From a candidate division WOR-3 bacterium (GTDB lineage Bacteria > Hydrothermota > Tepidihabitantia > Tepidihabitantales > Tepidihabitantaceae), in assembly GCA_965648905.1 (NCBI GenBank), contig CBFGIT010000008.1, positions 1-64,000 on the forward strand: DNA of 64,000 nt, written 5' to 3'. Below are positions 9,260-19,454 of this stretch, piece after piece (position 1 is the first letter of the stretch; each line of letters begins with the position of its first letter). Under the pieces are notes generated by a model. The model had not been told where the DNA came from. It did no database searches and was given only the letters and a program-made list of their open reading frames with translations. A program made the position numbers and the translations under genes.

Positions 9260-12200
9260 CTATCTGATGATGGCGAACTTGCCCTTGCGGACCTCACCCG
9301 ACTTCTCCTTGGCCACGTAGACGTACACGCCACTGGCCAGCGGCTTGCCGTCCTCGTTCTTCGCATCCCAGTCCAGCCTGTCCTTGTCTTTCGTCTCCTC
9401 GGGCTTGATAGTCTTCACGAGTTCGCCAGCTTTGTTGAAGACCTTGATTTCGGCTTCAGAAAGACCGTCGCCGAAGAAGGAGATGGCCGTATGGCCGTAC
9501 TTGGGAACGAACGGGTTGGGCGAAACCTCGACCCCGGTCGGCAGCTTCACGGTCGTCACCGCATCAGGCTCAGCCGGCGCATCCTCAACGTGCCCGACAT
9601 TGTCCCGGGCGACTGAATAGAACTTGTAGGTATGCCCGTTCACGCCCGTGTAGACCACGCTCGTAGACTCCGTGCTCCTCCAGAACGTGAACCCGCTGTC
9701 ATTATCCGAGACGTAGATATCGTAGCTTCTGATTCCTGACCCGCCCTGGTCATCGGAACCGGCCAGTTGCACCGCGAAGCTCGTCAGCGGCTGGTCCTCT
9801 GGCATCTGGAGCACACGGCTGCTCGGCGGTCCGGCGTCAATCGTGTTCAGCCAGTCTCCGGTGCTCATCGGCTCGTTCACGTCGAACACAATCCAAGCCC
9901 GGTTCCGAATCTCGGTCCCGGTCGGCAGATTCGGCTTCGGATTGATGGTATACGACAGCCAACCTTCGCCCTCAGGCGGAGTCCGATTCGGCGGCAGGTT
10001 GATGTCCTCAAACCGCCACGTCACGACGCCGGTCGTCGAATCGAAACTCGTGCTCGTAATCCGATGGCTCGACGTATCCATCGCGAACGTGCTCCAGTCG
10101 AGGTCACTGTCGAGTGTATCCGTGATGACGATGTCCTCAGCCGGCGCAGTCGCCGTATCCACGTTCTCGAAGTAGATGACATACTGGAATTGCTCATACG
10201 GCGGCACAAATCCAGCATCGCCGAAACCAGCAGGGCCGGCCTTGTCGTTTGGATCCCGCGACCTGACGATGGGAAGGGTACGCGTGACGGCTCGGCGCTG
10301 AAACTCATCACGGGAGCAGTTCGTCTTGTCCTCGAAGAACAACTCTTTCAGCGTAAGTCGGCTGAGTTCCCCATTCGGGAGAGAACCAAGTGGTATGCTG
10401 AACGTCCGAGCGAAGTCATCCGCGTACCAAGGAAACCAGAACTCGGCCCAAAACCCAATGAACCCATGGGGTGGAATGTGAGCGCGCTCGGCCATCTTGT
10501 CGGGCTGGAGCATGCAGTCCAACGAAGTCGGGATGTAGAGCTCGGTTACCAGTTCGCGCTTGAAGTCGCTGTACTGGGCATCGGTGACTGTCTTTGACCC
10601 CGATGTGAAGGCAACATTCCTGCTGTGGAACACGTACCCATCTTCGACATAGGGATCAGCCTTCCAGGTATTCTTCAGAAGGTTGAACCAAGGTCGATCG
10701 TGCTGCTCCATCCTCCGTACCCCGCTGCGTTCAACCTGGGTGTACACCATTCCATCATCCATAATGAAGAACGGGTGCCTAACTCGCCTCTTGCGAGGTA
10801 CCCCGTGGTCGTTGATACCTTCCGCGTCGAGGAGTTCGATCGTAATCGCCCTGTCCAGCAGCGACGGCGGCGCGTCGCCGAATCGGAGCAGGGCCGCGGA
10901 GGTCGCGTCGGGTCCGTCGTCGAGTTCCCCAGCGAACTCATTGACGACCGGCAACGCCGCCAGGAAAAGCGCTGTGGTGTCGCGACCGGCCCACAGTCTG
11001 CACCTTAGCGCGTCTTGGATGCCCACTCGCAGACGCCCAAGGTCCGCTCGGATCTCCACGAAGTCGCCTTCATAGTCGGGCAGGCTCTCCGGCACAAAGA
11101 CAAGAGAGTCGGGGGCGCCCTGCATAAGTACTCTGGCGCCAGCACAGTGTGGAATGCCCAGGAAAACCGAGGCACACTCAACGTCCACGTTCCCCGCGTT
11201 TCCGTATCGAATGACGTAGGTCTCTTCACGACCCGCCTGAATGACGTCACGCCCCACGATGTCGACCCAAAAGACCTCGCTTGCGGATTCGACTGAGAAG
11301 CCGCCATAGAAAACCCCCGAGTCTCCGCGTGGATTGACAACAACGATGTCCCAAGGTCCGCGTTCTCTGCTGGTCAGGTCTAACAGCGCAACAAGGTGAG
11401 CTGGATCGATATACTCTACAACGGAGTCGACGACAGCGGTCTGTCCTGACCTCGTCAGCTTCGCAACGGCACCCGAATCGAAGCCAGCTCCAACGATGTC
11501 AACCATCACACGCCCGAGGTCACCTGCGTAATTCGGCGTAACGGAGTAGATTTCCAAGCCGCCGGAGCTGACCGTGACCGTTCCGGTCTTCTTGTCGTTC
11601 CTCGGATATTCGTCACCGTCCAGCATGGTCGAACAGGCGACCACGAATGTGCCGCGCTGAGTCGCCCGCCAATCTGAGAAGACCGCTGTATCCCACTGAC
11701 CCGGTTCGAGGGTCACAGTAACGGTGTCTTCATAGTCGGAACCAATGCGCATCAGCACCGGGAATGTCTCCGGGAATCTGCCGAGGTTGCGGACTACGGC
11801 CGTTGGAATCACGACCGTGTCTGGAGGAACGCGGCCGGCCGGTGCGAGTATCCTGGTCGGGCCGACGTTGTGGTCGTAGTTGCCGCCCCATGACCAGAAG
11901 GACGATGAGTCCTTGACCGCAAACCAGAGCGTCACCGTGTCCGGACCAGGAATGTCGAACCATGGGCAGTCCAAGCCGCTGCCAGACCCACAACGGGCAT
12001 GAAGTTCAGGCATGCATGAGAACCCTGCGACTTCGTCGAATCTGCCGTCCCAGTTGCCCACGGTAAGGACCGGCCCTTCGTAGAAGAACTGGGTTGAGCC
12101 CCCAGGGTACGGGACCTGAACCGTGAAACTGCTGTCAGGCGTGATGATGCGCACGCTGTCAAATGGCGGCTCGTTGTCTCCGCCCGGCTGCCAGACGGCC

Positions 12201-13564
12201 TCGACCTGGAATTGGTCGAACCGAGCCAGCTCGAGCGTGATTCTCATCTCCAGGCCAATGTCCGGCCCCCACTTGAGCAGCATCTTCTTTGAGCCGTAGT
12301 CTGGGTTGGCGTATTCCAGGTACGCAGTATCCGCACCGAACTGCCCAAGGCGGCAAAGCGTGTTATCCTCCCACTTCACTCTTGCCAGTCCCCGACCATC
12401 CCAGATGTTCCAGTCGGTTAGGAGTTCTCGATGTGACCCCTGCTTCCAGGTCAGTTGGTCAATGCAGCCCTTTGAGTGGTCGAAGTGAATCCGGACGAAA
12501 TCGTTGTTGATGGAATCGGGCGGTGGGTTGGCCGAGAGGTCGTAGCTGCCGGTACCATCACCACCTTCGTCGCTGCAGAAGATGGTGTAGGCACCAGGCG
12601 CGAGCGCGATTCCTGTCAGGTTTGCTTCACGCCACCCCGAGTTGGCCGCAAGCAGACTGTCCCTGGGATTGAAGAGCTCGAGGCGCGGGTCGAAGCCTCC
12701 TGACTTCTCCACCATTCGCAGGTTCAAGACCACCGGCTGTTCGATAGACAGGATATAGGCGTCCATCTGGCCCAGCAACAGCAGCGTGTCCCTGCGGGTA
12801 GCTCCGAGCAGTATTGTGTCGGCACGAGCCTTGACGGACTGCCGACACCAGAGGGAAAGTTCGTAGGTCCCGACCTCGTCGCCACCCTCGTCCCGCATAA
12901 AGATGGTGTACCGCCCGGTCGCCGGCAGCACGTAATCCTCAAGGTTCACCCGACCGCTACTGGTGCGACCCTCCCAAATCAGGCTGTCGTCCGGGTCGTA
13001 CAACTCCAGCCACGGGTCCCACCAGCTCGCAAACACCCGCAGGAAGACCTTGTCCCCAGCGCTGCCGTCCAGAACATAGGCCTGCATGTCTTCACACGAC
13101 GCGATCGTGTCCCGTTCCGCCATGTCGTAATGAAGCGTCTCCGGCCGCGAGCGGACCAACTGCCGGCACTGTAGATACAGTTCGTAGGTGCCGACTTCAT
13201 CACCCCCCTCGTCCCGCATAAAGATGGTGTACCGCCCGGTCGCCGGCAGCACGTAATCCTCAAGGTTCACCCGACCGCTACTGGTGCGACCCTCCCAAAT
13301 CAGGCTGTCGTCCGGGTCGTACAACTCCAGCCACGGGTCCCACCAGCTCGCAAACACCCGCAGAAAAACCTTGTCCATTGCTGTGCCGTCGAAGGTAAAT
13401 GTGTCGACCTCGCCCATCGTGCTTATGGACCCTGCCAGACCGATGTCATATCGGATGTGGGTCGAGTCGAGTCGTGGCTGTGCCAGGGCCACGCCGGGCA
13501 GCAGACCCGCGATGACAACCAGGGTCAGGAACGCCGAACCACCGAACAAGCTGAAACGTCTCAT
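9260..13564 (-). CDS. large secreted protein: 3 PPC-like beta-sandwich repeats, CARDB/IPT, SxDPNDKxGP (DUF7619-like) domain, FlgD-Ig/T9SS C-terminal domain
   Basis: Signal peptide after GGAGG; DPWLELYDPD repeats; RSRDPNDKAGPAG...YVIYFEN; PNPF...WDAKNEDGKPLASGVYVY. Confidence 0.85.
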   Translation of the reverse strand: MRRFSLFGGSAFLTLVVIAGLLPGVALAQPRLDSTHIRYDIGLAGSISTMGEVDTFTFDGTAMDKVFLRVFASWWDPWLELYDPDDSLIWEGRTSSGRVNLEDYVLPATGRYTIFMRDEGGDEVGTYELYLQCRQLVRSRPETLHYDMAERDTIASCEDMQAYVLDGSAGDKVFLRVFASWWDPWLELYDPDDSLIWEGRTSSGRVNLEDYVLPATGRYTIFMRDEGGDEVGTYELSLWCRQSVKARADTILLGATRRDTLLLLGQMDAYILSIEQPVVLNLRMVEKSGGFDPRLELFNPRDSLLAANSGWREANLTGIALAPGAYTIFCSDEGGDGTGSYDLSANPPPDSINNDFVRIHFDHSKGCIDQLTWKQGSHRELLTDWNIWDGRGLARVKWEDNTLCRLGQFGADTAYLEYANPDYGSKKMLLKWGPDIGLEMRITLELARFDQFQVEAVWQPGGDNEPPFDSVRIITPDSSFTVQVPYPGGSTQFFYEGPVLTVGNWDGRFDEVAGFSCMPELHARCGSGSGLDCPWFDIPGPDTVTLWFAVKDSSSFWSWGGNYDHNVGPTRILAPAGRVPPDTVVIPTAVVRNLGRFPETFPVLMRIGSDYEDTVTVTLEPGQWDTAVFSDWRATQRGTFVVACSTMLDGDEYPRNDKKTGTVTVSSGGLEIYSVTPNYAGDLGRVMVDIVGAGFDSGAVAKLTRSGQTAVVDSVVEYIDPAHLVALLDLTSRERGPWDIVVVNPRGDSGVFYGGFSVESASEVFWVDIVGRDVIQAGREETYVIRYGNAGNVDVECASVFLGIPHCAGARVLMQGAPDSLVFVPESLPDYEGDFVEIRADLGRLRVGIQDALRCRLWAGRDTTALFLAALPVVNEFAGELDDGPDATSAALLRFGDAPPSLLDRAITIELLDAEGINDHGVPRKRRVRHPFFIMDDGMVYTQVERSGVRRMEQHDRPWFNLLKNTWKADPYVEDGYVFHSRNVAFTSGSKTVTDAQYSDFKRELVTELYIPTSLDCMLQPDKMAERAHIPPHGFIGFWAEFWFPWYADDFARTFSIPLGSLPNGELSRLTLKELFFEDKTNCSRDEFQRRAVTRTLPIVRSRDPNDKAGPAGFGDAGFVPPYEQFQYVIYFENVDTATAPAEDIVITDTLDSDLDWSTFAMDTSSHRITSTSFDSTTGVVTWRFEDINLPPNRTPPEGEGWLSYTINPKPNLPTGTEIRNRAWIVFDVNEPMSTGDWLNTIDAGPPSSRVLQMPEDQPLTSFAVQLAGSDDQGGSGIRSYDIYVSDNDSGFTFWRSTESTSVVYTGVNGHTYKFYSVARDNVGHVEDAPAEPDAVTTVKLPTGVEVSPNPFVPKYGHTAISFFGDGLSEAEIKVFNKAGELVKTIKPEETKDKDRLDWDAKNEDGKPLASGVYVYVAKEKSGEVRKGKFAIIR
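12885..13363. repeat. two identical 158-nt direct repeats (12885-13042, 13206-13363) inside the CDS
   Basis: Identical from ccctcgtcccgc to cacccgcag, offset 321 nt (107 codons). Confidence 0.9.
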
Positions 13565-13607
13565 CTTCACCTCCTGCTCAAGAGCAGCCTGAAGGGTTTC
13601 CAAGTTG

Positions 13608-15992
13608 CTACCTCTGCACTACCAGCTTCGCAGTTCGCGTCTCGCGAGCAGCCTGCAGCCGGCAGAAGTAGACGCCGTTGGGTAAAGCCGAGGCATCGAG
13701 ATGGGCCTCGTGGCGGCCAGCCGGGACCTCGGCGTCTGCGAGCTTTACCACCTCGCGGCCGGCTATGTCGCATATAGAGAGCTTAGCGTGCGTCCTGACC
13801 GGCAGCGCATAGACTATCTCGGTCGTCTGCCGCAACGGATTCGGCAATGCCCCGGCCAGCTCGACCTCGCGGGGCAGGACAAGAGGCGAGCGCCCATCCA
13901 CGGACACTGGCGGACTGGCCGTAACGCCTTGTGCATACCAACTCTCGTTGCCTGCGGTCTGGTTGTCGTTCACGATGGTCAACGTATCGTTGTGCGCCGG
14001 GTCGTAGTCGCGGTCGTAGGCCGTAACCGTAACGTAGTATTCGCGAGGGGCGATGCCTCTGAGGACGCACGACCGGACGTTGCCCACGTCTACGGCATGG
14101 GCATAGGGCCACTCAGATGTTGTGTCCCAGTAGACAATGTACCCGGCCAGGTCTGACTCAGCATTGGCCGACCACGCGACCACAATCGAGTCCACCAAGT
14201 GCTCAGCCACGAGCCCGGTCGGAGGCGAGATTGGCGCGTCAGTGCGTATGGCAGTCTGGAACGGCCTGTAGTCCACGATACCAAGCGAGCCGTTGTCAAA
14301 CCAATCGTATATCTTCCGTTGAATCAGACTCTCCACCGCCGTCCCCCACCAGTTGTTCTCGGCACTCAGGTCTGGCGAGCCCTGCGCGTTGCCGTTGTAC
14401 AGCTCAATCACTGTATCATTGAGGCAGATGTTGTTGCGAGTGAGCACAGGCGCCCCGCTGACGGCAATCGCCGAGGTCGTGTCTGGACTCCCGACAATTC
14501 TGTGGTTTGCGGTCACGGTGTTGTTGACCAGCCTGCCGGTCACTCCTGTGAGGTATATGCCGTAGCAGTCATGGGCGGAATTGCGGCACACTGTGCTGGT
14601 AGAGCAGGCGACTAGACCCTTGGCGTACACGCCGCCGCCAACCCCTCCTGCCCGGTTGTCTGCGATCACTGTTCGCGCCAGGTTCAGTCCGACCGCCGCG
14701 CCGTAATAGAGGCTCGTGGCGATCCCGCCGCCTCGGCCGGTCGCGTAGTTGTCGCTGACGATGGAGTTTGAAATCGACAAAGAGGCCGGTCCTGGCGCCG
14801 CTTCGTCTACATGCATGCCACCGCCATTTCCCTCCCACCCGCCCTGCCCGAGTGCCAGGTTGTGACTGATAATGGAGTTGGTGACCGACACGGTATCGCC
14901 GAGTATCCAGAGACCGCCGAAGTACGAAGAGGCGGTATTGTGGCAGATGCGGCAGTTATCGAGAACACCGGAAGCCCTACCCAGATAGACACCGGCTGCT
15001 CGCCAAGCCGAATTGCCGGATATGTTGCAGTTGCGGACCACAGCCGTCCCGCCCGATACGGCCAAGCCCGCCTCGGTGTTATCGCGAATCACGGAGTTGG
15101 TCAGCAGGAGGCTGCCAGCCGTGCGCGTGTATATGCTGAGGCTTCCGGATGCACGCGCGCTGCGTGCATTCCGCTCGACAACTGTGCTGTCAACCACGAC
15201 CGGGAAGTCGGTAACGGCGGTCATCCCGCTGCTATCGTTGTCCGAAAACTCGCAGGCCCGCACGACCAAACCGCCGCCGGTGGAGTAATCCCATCCTGAC
15301 CTGACACCGTCCCCGCGACACCAGCGGACCGTGCTGTGCGAGATGCGGACCGTTCCATCGGAGTTGTGCAAGTTCATGCCGGCGGCCGCACTGCTGTCGA
15401 TGCGGCAGTAGTTAAGAAACGGATGAGCATTTTCGGTTCTGACCGTGCCGTTGTTGCTCACGCGCGCGCCGCCGCCGAACTTGATGTCGCAGCACTCGAG
15501 AATGCAGCCACGTAGGTAGCGGCCGGCCGAGTCGAACTCGGCATCCTCACTGGCGTCGTTGAACAGGACATAGCCCAACCAACCAGGTCTTCGCGCTGGC
15601 GGACGAGCCGTGAACGTTATTCTTCTGGCGTTCGTGCCGCGAGCGATGAGCGTACCTCTTACTTCCAGCGCCTTCAGGCTATCGAATGCGACGACAACGC
15701 CGGGCCCAATCGTCAGCGTGATGCTGTCCATCACCACGACGCTACCCACAACCACATACGGGCTGTGGGTCGTGTCCCAAACCGTGTTGGCCGTAATCGG
15801 CCCGGATACGTAGGTCGAGTCGGCCCGAGCGCCACTGGTGAATGCGAGGAGCAAAACCAGTCCGGCAGCCCGGAACAAGCCAAACCACTTGTCCCCTGAG
15901 AGGGAATATCTCGAACTCAACGACCCGGTTCTACCGGCACCTAGTTCGGTTTTCACGCAGTCTCCTCTCCACGGCAGTGCCGTGCTCTGCAA
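13608..15992 (-). CDS. secreted right-handed beta-helix protein with FN3 domain and T9SS type A C-terminal domain (start uncertain)
   Basis: VSGPITANTVW..SPY, repeated I..N.A..GGG motifs, AENNWWG, PNPL...LPNGVYFCRL...KLVVQR. Confidence 0.85.
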   Translation of the reverse strand: MQSTALPWRGDCVKTELGAGRTGSLSSRYSLSGDKWFGLFRAAGLVLLLAFTSGARADSTYVSGPITANTVWDTTHSPYVVVGSVVVMDSITLTIGPGVVVAFDSLKALEVRGTLIARGTNARRITFTARPPARRPGWLGYVLFNDASEDAEFDSAGRYLRGCILECCDIKFGGGARVSNNGTVRTENAHPFLNYCRIDSSAAAGMNLHNSDGTVRISHSTVRWCRGDGVRSGWDYSTGGGLVVRACEFSDNDSSGMTAVTDFPVVVDSTVVERNARSARASGSLSIYTRTAGSLLLTNSVIRDNTEAGLAVSGGTAVVRNCNISGNSAWRAAGVYLGRASGVLDNCRICHNTASSYFGGLWILGDTVSVTNSIISHNLALGQGGWEGNGGGMHVDEAAPGPASLSISNSIVSDNYATGRGGGIATSLYYGAAVGLNLARTVIADNRAGGVGGGVYAKGLVACSTSTVCRNSAHDCYGIYLTGVTGRLVNNTVTANHRIVGSPDTTSAIAVSGAPVLTRNNICLNDTVIELYNGNAQGSPDLSAENNWWGTAVESLIQRKIYDWFDNGSLGIVDYRPFQTAIRTDAPISPPTGLVAEHLVDSIVVAWSANAESDLAGYIVYWDTTSEWPYAHAVDVGNVRSCVLRGIAPREYYVTVTAYDRDYDPAHNDTLTIVNDNQTAGNESWYAQGVTASPPVSVDGRSPLVLPREVELAGALPNPLRQTTEIVYALPVRTHAKLSICDIAGREVVKLADAEVPAGRHEAHLDASALPNGVYFCRLQAARETRTAKLVVQR

Positions 15993-16192
15993 ACGCCCGT
16001 ACTACAGCCGGCCTATGCCTGCGACGGAAAGGCGACTCGGTCCAGACTCCAGGGTCGTCTCCCCGTTGCAGGGAGCGACTTGATATCGGCATAATACTGC
16101 GACGCGCGAAGAAGTCAAGCTTGGTCCAATCAACTTCCGCGATAGAGACTTTCGAACTCCCAACAGTGCCCGTGGCAGGCGCACGAAGCAAC

Positions 16193-16216
16193 TCGGGGGC
16201 GGTCTCCCGCCCCCGA
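16193..16216 (-). terminator. hairpin after S8 peptidase gene
   Basis: TCGGGGGCGG-tctc-CCGCCCCCGA. Confidence 0.6.
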
Positions 16217-16234
16217 ATGAGCAATGCCTACTGG

Positions 16235-19201
16235 CTAGCGCGCCAGCAGTGCCCGCTGCGTCGTGCTGCCGTCCGGGGTCTCAAGCCGGACAAAGTACAC
16301 GCCGCTGGCAAGACCCGCGGGGTGCCAGACCAGTTCGCCCCTGCCGACCGAAACATCTTGGTCCAGGATAACGGCTACGGCACGGCCGGCAATATCGACC
16401 GCGGTCACGCGCACGCGCCCGGCCCTGGGCGTCTGGTACCGCACGCACGCGCGGCCGGCGAAAGGGTTGGGCACGAGTTCAAGCAGGCGGGCCGCAACTG
16501 GTCGACTCGCCGGTCGTTCAGTCACTGCCACGTTCCGCCCGTACCATGCTTGGGCACTGTCCGCGTGCTCCAACGCCTGCTCCTCATCATGACCGCCGAC
16601 AAAGGCGACCGCCAGCCGGTAGGTCGTATCAGGCAGCACCGCGAACGGCCCGACTGAGACCACGACGCCCCAGTCCGCAGGGCCGGTCGGATTCGGGTCT
16701 GAGTAGGTTCCGTCCAAGAACCGGAACTTCTGGCTGTCGGTGACGCACGAATCAGCCCTGATGTAACGGCGAATGTCCAAGGCCGTGAGGTTGGCGCATG
16801 ACCGCGGCTCCAGAACCTTGATGCCGGCCACGAGCGAGCGCGTGGTGTCGGAGACGATGTACGCGAAACGCCGGCTTTCGTCGGTGCGGCACAGGTCGCG
16901 GTTGCTGGCCACCGAGAGGTTGAGGTCAGCAAAAATACCGGCATACAGGTTGCGAAGCGTGTCCGCACCCTGATTCCGAAAGTCGTACATCAGAACAACA
17001 AAGTCGTCGAATGCCGTGTCGGCCAACTGGGTGCTGTTCTGGTACACGCGCAGGCCGGCCAGTTCGAGATGGGTCGTGTCGCGGAAGCTACCGGTGTAGT
17101 GCTGGTCGCCCCAGGTCGCGGGAATCACGTTGAGCAGGCTGTCGACGATGCCGAAGTCCTGGTCAAGGTTGAGGGTCCAGGGCCGCCCAAAGAACCGGTC
17201 CGCGACGCAGTCCGGGCCGTTGCCCACGGCCAGGCTGGAGTAGAACATGATGTTCGGGCCGGACTTGGGGTAGCGGAATCCTGCGCCCTGGCCGGCCGGC
17301 CGGTCCAGCCCGACCGAGCCAAAGCAGCTCACGGTCAGCTTACAGTAGCCGGTGTCGTGGTCGGCCAAGGCCTGGGCCGGCATTATCTCACCGACGCGCA
17401 GCAGGAAGCCCAGTTGCTGTTCGTAGTCAACACTGTCACCGGTGACGTAGAGCGAACACTGCACCTGGGTCCCTTCAGGGATACGTTCGTCGGCCTGCAC
17501 CTCAAACCCGTCGAGCGAGTCAATGACCGTACGACCCGAGGGTATCAGGCCCCAGGTGTAGGTCGAGTCACTGACCACAAGTCGGTGGTCAAACGAACGC
17601 AGCACACCGATGGTGTTGGCACTTGCTGCCTCGCCGACGTTCCGCAGAGCGACCTGCAACCTCGCGGTCTCACCCCGGTCCACCCGGCCGTTGTTATTGC
17701 CGCCGGGCGGCGAGTCGAGCACTTCAACCCTCGCCAGTTCCATCACCGGCGCGGGCGAGAAGAACACGTGGTTTACAGCCTCAAGCGCGTCGATCCGCCC
17801 CGCGCCGAAGTCGTTGTCCTTACCGGTCGGGCCGAGGTCGACCGCGGTCACTTCGAGGATGGAATCGATGCGCGCCGGGGTCATATTCGGGTTCTTGCAG
17901 AGCATCAGACAGACCGTGCCGGCCACATGCGGGGTCGCCATCGACGTGCCGTCCATAGTCGTATAGCCGCCGGTGTACGAACATGACTTGACGTTGACGC
18001 CCGGCGCCGAGACGTCGGGCCTGGTGAGTCCCGGCGGGTACGGGTAGTCATTGAACGGCGGCACGGTCGCCCAGGTTACCGGCCCGCGACTTGAGAAGCT
18101 GGCAATCTGGTCGTTGATGTCGGTCGCGCCAATCGACACGATGCCCGACAGGGCGCCAACGCCCGTGTTTTCGGGATTCCACCACGGCGGCGGCACGTTG
18201 CCCGGACACCGACACGAGTTCGGCGGTGAGAGTGACCGCTCGTTGCCCGCGGCCACAATCTGTGAAAGCCCGGCCGCATTCACGTTATCGGCCGTGGTTC
18301 GCCACGTCGCCTGGTGCGGGTTCCAGGATATGTACCAGCCCAAGGACATTGTGTACAGGTCCGCGCCGTTGCCGGGCGAGAGCGGCGGCGACACGCAGAA
18401 CTGCATCGCCTGCCAGCACTGACTTTCGGCGACCGAGTCTGCCACGGTGCGCACGCGGCAGACCATTATCTGCGCGTCCGGCGCAACACCGCACTGGCTG
18501 CCCGCGGTGCCGTCGCTCGCCACCGAGCCCGCAGTGTGCGTGCCGTGACCCTGAACGTCCATCGGGTCGTTGTTGTTGTTCTCGAAGTTCCAGCCGTGGT
18601 TGGGATAGTTCGGGTCGGTCCACATGTGGTCGACCAGGTCAGGGTGGTTGTAGTTGCAGCCTGTGTCGATATGGCCGCAGATGATGCCCTGGCCGGTGTA
18701 GCCCTGCGCCCACACTGCCGGCGCATTTACTTTGTCCACGCCCCAGGCAATCTCGTCCTCATCCTCACACGGCTTCGCCTGCTCCAGGTTCGGCGAGTAG
18801 GCCAGGTCGTAGTTCACGTAGTTCACCTCAGCCCGCTTGCTCAGCTCGCGGATTACCGCAGGCGTCGCCTCACAGTACACCGCGTTCAGTATCCACAGCG
18901 GCCGGACGTCCGCGACGCGGCCTTGTTCCTCTTCGCCCGCAAGCCACGCCAGCAGGCCGGCCTGCTGCTCGGCCGAGAAGGCCTTGAGAATGCGCGCCAC
19001 CTCCACTCGCCGGACCGCCCTGGGCATCCCCTCCACCAGGCTGTTGAGTAGTTGCTTGTCGAACTGCTCGGTCAAGACGATATGCACGGGCAGGCGCTGG
19101 TCGCCCTGCGCCGTCGCCATGTGTCGTTCGAGTTCCGGCGTCACAATGCCGTAGCCGACGGCCAGCAATGCCAGGGTCAGGACAATCACGGTTCTCTTCA
19201 C
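16235..19201 (-). CDS. S8 subtilisin-like serine peptidase with T9SS-type C-terminal domain
   Basis: Triad GHIDTG / GHGTHTAG / GTSMATPHVAG; PNPF...LASGVYFVRL. Confidence 0.93.
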   Translation of the reverse strand: MKRTVIVLTLALLAVGYGIVTPELERHMATAQGDQRLPVHIVLTEQFDKQLLNSLVEGMPRAVRRVEVARILKAFSAEQQAGLLAWLAGEEEQGRVADVRPLWILNAVYCEATPAVIRELSKRAEVNYVNYDLAYSPNLEQAKPCEDEDEIAWGVDKVNAPAVWAQGYTGQGIICGHIDTGCNYNHPDLVDHMWTDPNYPNHGWNFENNNNDPMDVQGHGTHTAGSVASDGTAGSQCGVAPDAQIMVCRVRTVADSVAESQCWQAMQFCVSPPLSPGNGADLYTMSLGWYISWNPHQATWRTTADNVNAAGLSQIVAAGNERSLSPPNSCRCPGNVPPPWWNPENTGVGALSGIVSIGATDINDQIASFSSRGPVTWATVPPFNDYPYPPGLTRPDVSAPGVNVKSCSYTGGYTTMDGTSMATPHVAGTVCLMLCKNPNMTPARIDSILEVTAVDLGPTGKDNDFGAGRIDALEAVNHVFFSPAPVMELARVEVLDSPPGGNNNGRVDRGETARLQVALRNVGEAASANTIGVLRSFDHRLVVSDSTYTWGLIPSGRTVIDSLDGFEVQADERIPEGTQVQCSLYVTGDSVDYEQQLGFLLRVGEIMPAQALADHDTGYCKLTVSCFGSVGLDRPAGQGAGFRYPKSGPNIMFYSSLAVGNGPDCVADRFFGRPWTLNLDQDFGIVDSLLNVIPATWGDQHYTGSFRDTTHLELAGLRVYQNSTQLADTAFDDFVVLMYDFRNQGADTLRNLYAGIFADLNLSVASNRDLCRTDESRRFAYIVSDTTRSLVAGIKVLEPRSCANLTALDIRRYIRADSCVTDSQKFRFLDGTYSDPNPTGPADWGVVVSVGPFAVLPDTTYRLAVAFVGGHDEEQALEHADSAQAWYGRNVAVTERPASRPVAARLLELVPNPFAGRACVRYQTPRAGRVRVTAVDIAGRAVAVILDQDVSVGRGELVWHPAGLASGVYFVRLETPDGSTTQRALLAR

Positions 19202-19454
19202 AGTTGTCTCCTTATTGTTGTGAGTTCTGCGACAGTCAACAGGCGGTCATTCTACCCGCGCCGTGCCACCGGTCAAACCGTGCCGGCGCAGGATAAGAGC
19301 AAGCCACGCTCAATTCACGCAACGCGACACATGTCGGGGCACGGACTTGTTCGGTCCATGGGTACTGTCGTCCTCTGCGGCTGTCCTCGATTCCGAGGCC
19401 GTAAGCGGCTGCCGGAGCAGGAACCCTGCTCCGGCAGCCTGGAGGTGTCGTGAA

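Noticed and set aside
12885..13363. DGR template/variable repeat pair
   Set aside because: Copies are identical with no adenine-specific mismatches, both lie in one CDS, and no reverse transcriptase is present.
5907..16230. Integrated island at tRNA-Leu(CAG)
   Set aside because: No integrase and no duplicated tRNA 3' end found by eye.
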